DNA of 63,262 nt, counting the filler, from Bigelowiella natans CCMP2755 (taxonomy: Eukaryota > Protista > Cercozoa): the NCBI GenBank assembly GCA_000320545.1. It is 6 parts of 6 records of this genome, joined end to end, with 100 filler letters (N's around TTAATTAATTAA, not from the genome) between each part and the next. Parts side by side here need not be neighbours in the genome. Positions count along the whole stretch, not along the records: positions 61,045 to 63,262 come from ADNK01003074.1; 5 more parts are not named here. One strand, given 5' to 3'. Below are positions 62,103 through 63,262 of the stretch, one piece after another. The translations under genes were made by a program, and so were the position numbers. How positions within the stretch are numbered: position 1 is the first letter of the stretch; every line of letters starts with the position of its first letter. Under the pieces are notes generated by a model that saw only the letters and a program-made list of their open reading frames with translations, was not told where the DNA came from and ran no database searches.

Positions 62103-63037
62103 ATAGTCACATCATCATCATCATCACCATCACCATCATCATCATCAAGATCATAATCCTGGCCTCCCTCCCTCCCTTCTCCTCCTCCTCCTCCTCTGCC
62201 ATGATTCGGGTGAAAACATGCATAGGCCGGCAGAGCAAGAAGAAGGGCGTGGCCGACAGCTACACCAACTACTTCGCCGACTCCCTAGTCGCTGAGGCCG
62301 AGAAGGATTCCAAGATCATCGGGGTCCACGCCGCGATGGGGGGGGGGACCGGAATGAATCGCTTCGCCAAGCGTTTCCCTGAACGCTGCTTTGACGTCGG
62401 TATAGCTGAGCAGCATGCTGTCACCTTCGCCGCCGGACTCGCGATTGAAGGTACCGTCTTGTGTATCCTGTCTGCTCCTCCTCCTCCTCCTCCTCCTCCT
62501 CCTCCTCCTCCTCCGCCTAAAGAGGAGATGACGGCGAAGATGATGATGATGAAGATGATGATGAGGAGGAGGATGTCCTCCCGAAGCACACACGTCCGAA
62601 AACGAATAGCAAAAATCAATGTCAATTTCACCTACAGCACACATGAAAACTGCTTGTCGCCGTCGTGCCCCTCCCCCCCCCTCTCCTCCTCCTCTTCCTG
62701 ATCTCCGTGCTGTTGTCGCTTGCTCGCTCTCCTCGCTCCCCACTAGGCCTCCGCCCGTTTTGCGCCATCTACTCGAGCTTCCTCCAGCGAGCGTACGATC
62801 AAGTTGTGCACGACGTCGCGCTGCAGAAGCTGCCAGTGAGGTTTGCTATTGACAGGGCAGGGCCCGTGGGCGCCGACGGCGCTACTCACGCGGGCAGCTA
62901 CGACCTCTCCTACCTCGGATGTATCCCTAATATGATCATCATGGCGCCATCGAATGAGGCGGAGCTGATTAACATGGTTGCGACCTCCGCATCGATCGAT
63001 GACCAGCCCAGCGCCTTCAGGTTCCCAAGAGGAAACG
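61262..63037 (+). CDS. DXS: 1-deoxy-D-xylulose-5-phosphate synthase (internal exons, both ends missing)
   Basis: [25 protein letters not shown] (TPP-binding), [56 protein letters not shown] and GADGATHAG. Confidence 0.97.
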
Positions 63038-63262
63038 GTATGGAAAAGAGAGGGTGGGGGGGGCTAGGGAGGGGGGGGGGGGGAGAGGCGGAGGCAGTGT
63101 GCTGCTGCTGATAGTATCTCGATTAGAGGGGAAACTGAGGGCAGGAAGCTTGCGTGGGAGTGCTATATCGATGCCTCTTCGAAGTTCTTCGCTTGTAGAA
63201 TTGACTGGAACTCTGAGCTCCGAATCGCTGATGTCGTAATGGTCCTTTTTCCCACTCATCCC

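Noticed and set aside
16-63259. Many short ORFs of poly-H/I/V/C/THTH/ERER, and antisense ORFs over NEK1, pol and DXS
   Set aside because: Translations of intronic microsatellites or shadows of real genes on the opposite strand.

Overview
Intron-rich eukaryotic (protist) nuclear scaffold with five 100-nt assembly gaps. Ciliary genes plus a green-algal-type DXS suggest a flagellated alga with a green-derived plastid, such as a chlorarachniophyte (inference only). Genes recognised by splicing exons by eye: NEK1-like kinase, PHAF1/UPF0183, CFAP70-like TPR protein with an inserted adenylate-kinase-like domain, an N-acylated EF-hand protein, a KATNIP-like 5' part, TPA1/OGFOD1 prolyl hydroxylase, a secreted protein, a BRCT protein, a divergent RasGEF, a TOPORS-like RING ligase and DXS. 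The standout is a young, full-length Ty3/Gypsy LTR retrotransposon (35646-41377) with identical 326-bp LTRs, a GTGT target-site duplication, a PBS and a PPT. Its pol ends, where a chromodomain often sits, in a domain resembling the DIRS/phage Dam-type N6-adenine methyltransferase fold, with a degenerate catalytic motif. Both insertions of this family lie in or next to intergenic islands where TpA is depleted or confined mostly to CTAG, which may point to an adenine-directed mutational or epigenetic process. All family assignments come from remembered motifs, not database searches.
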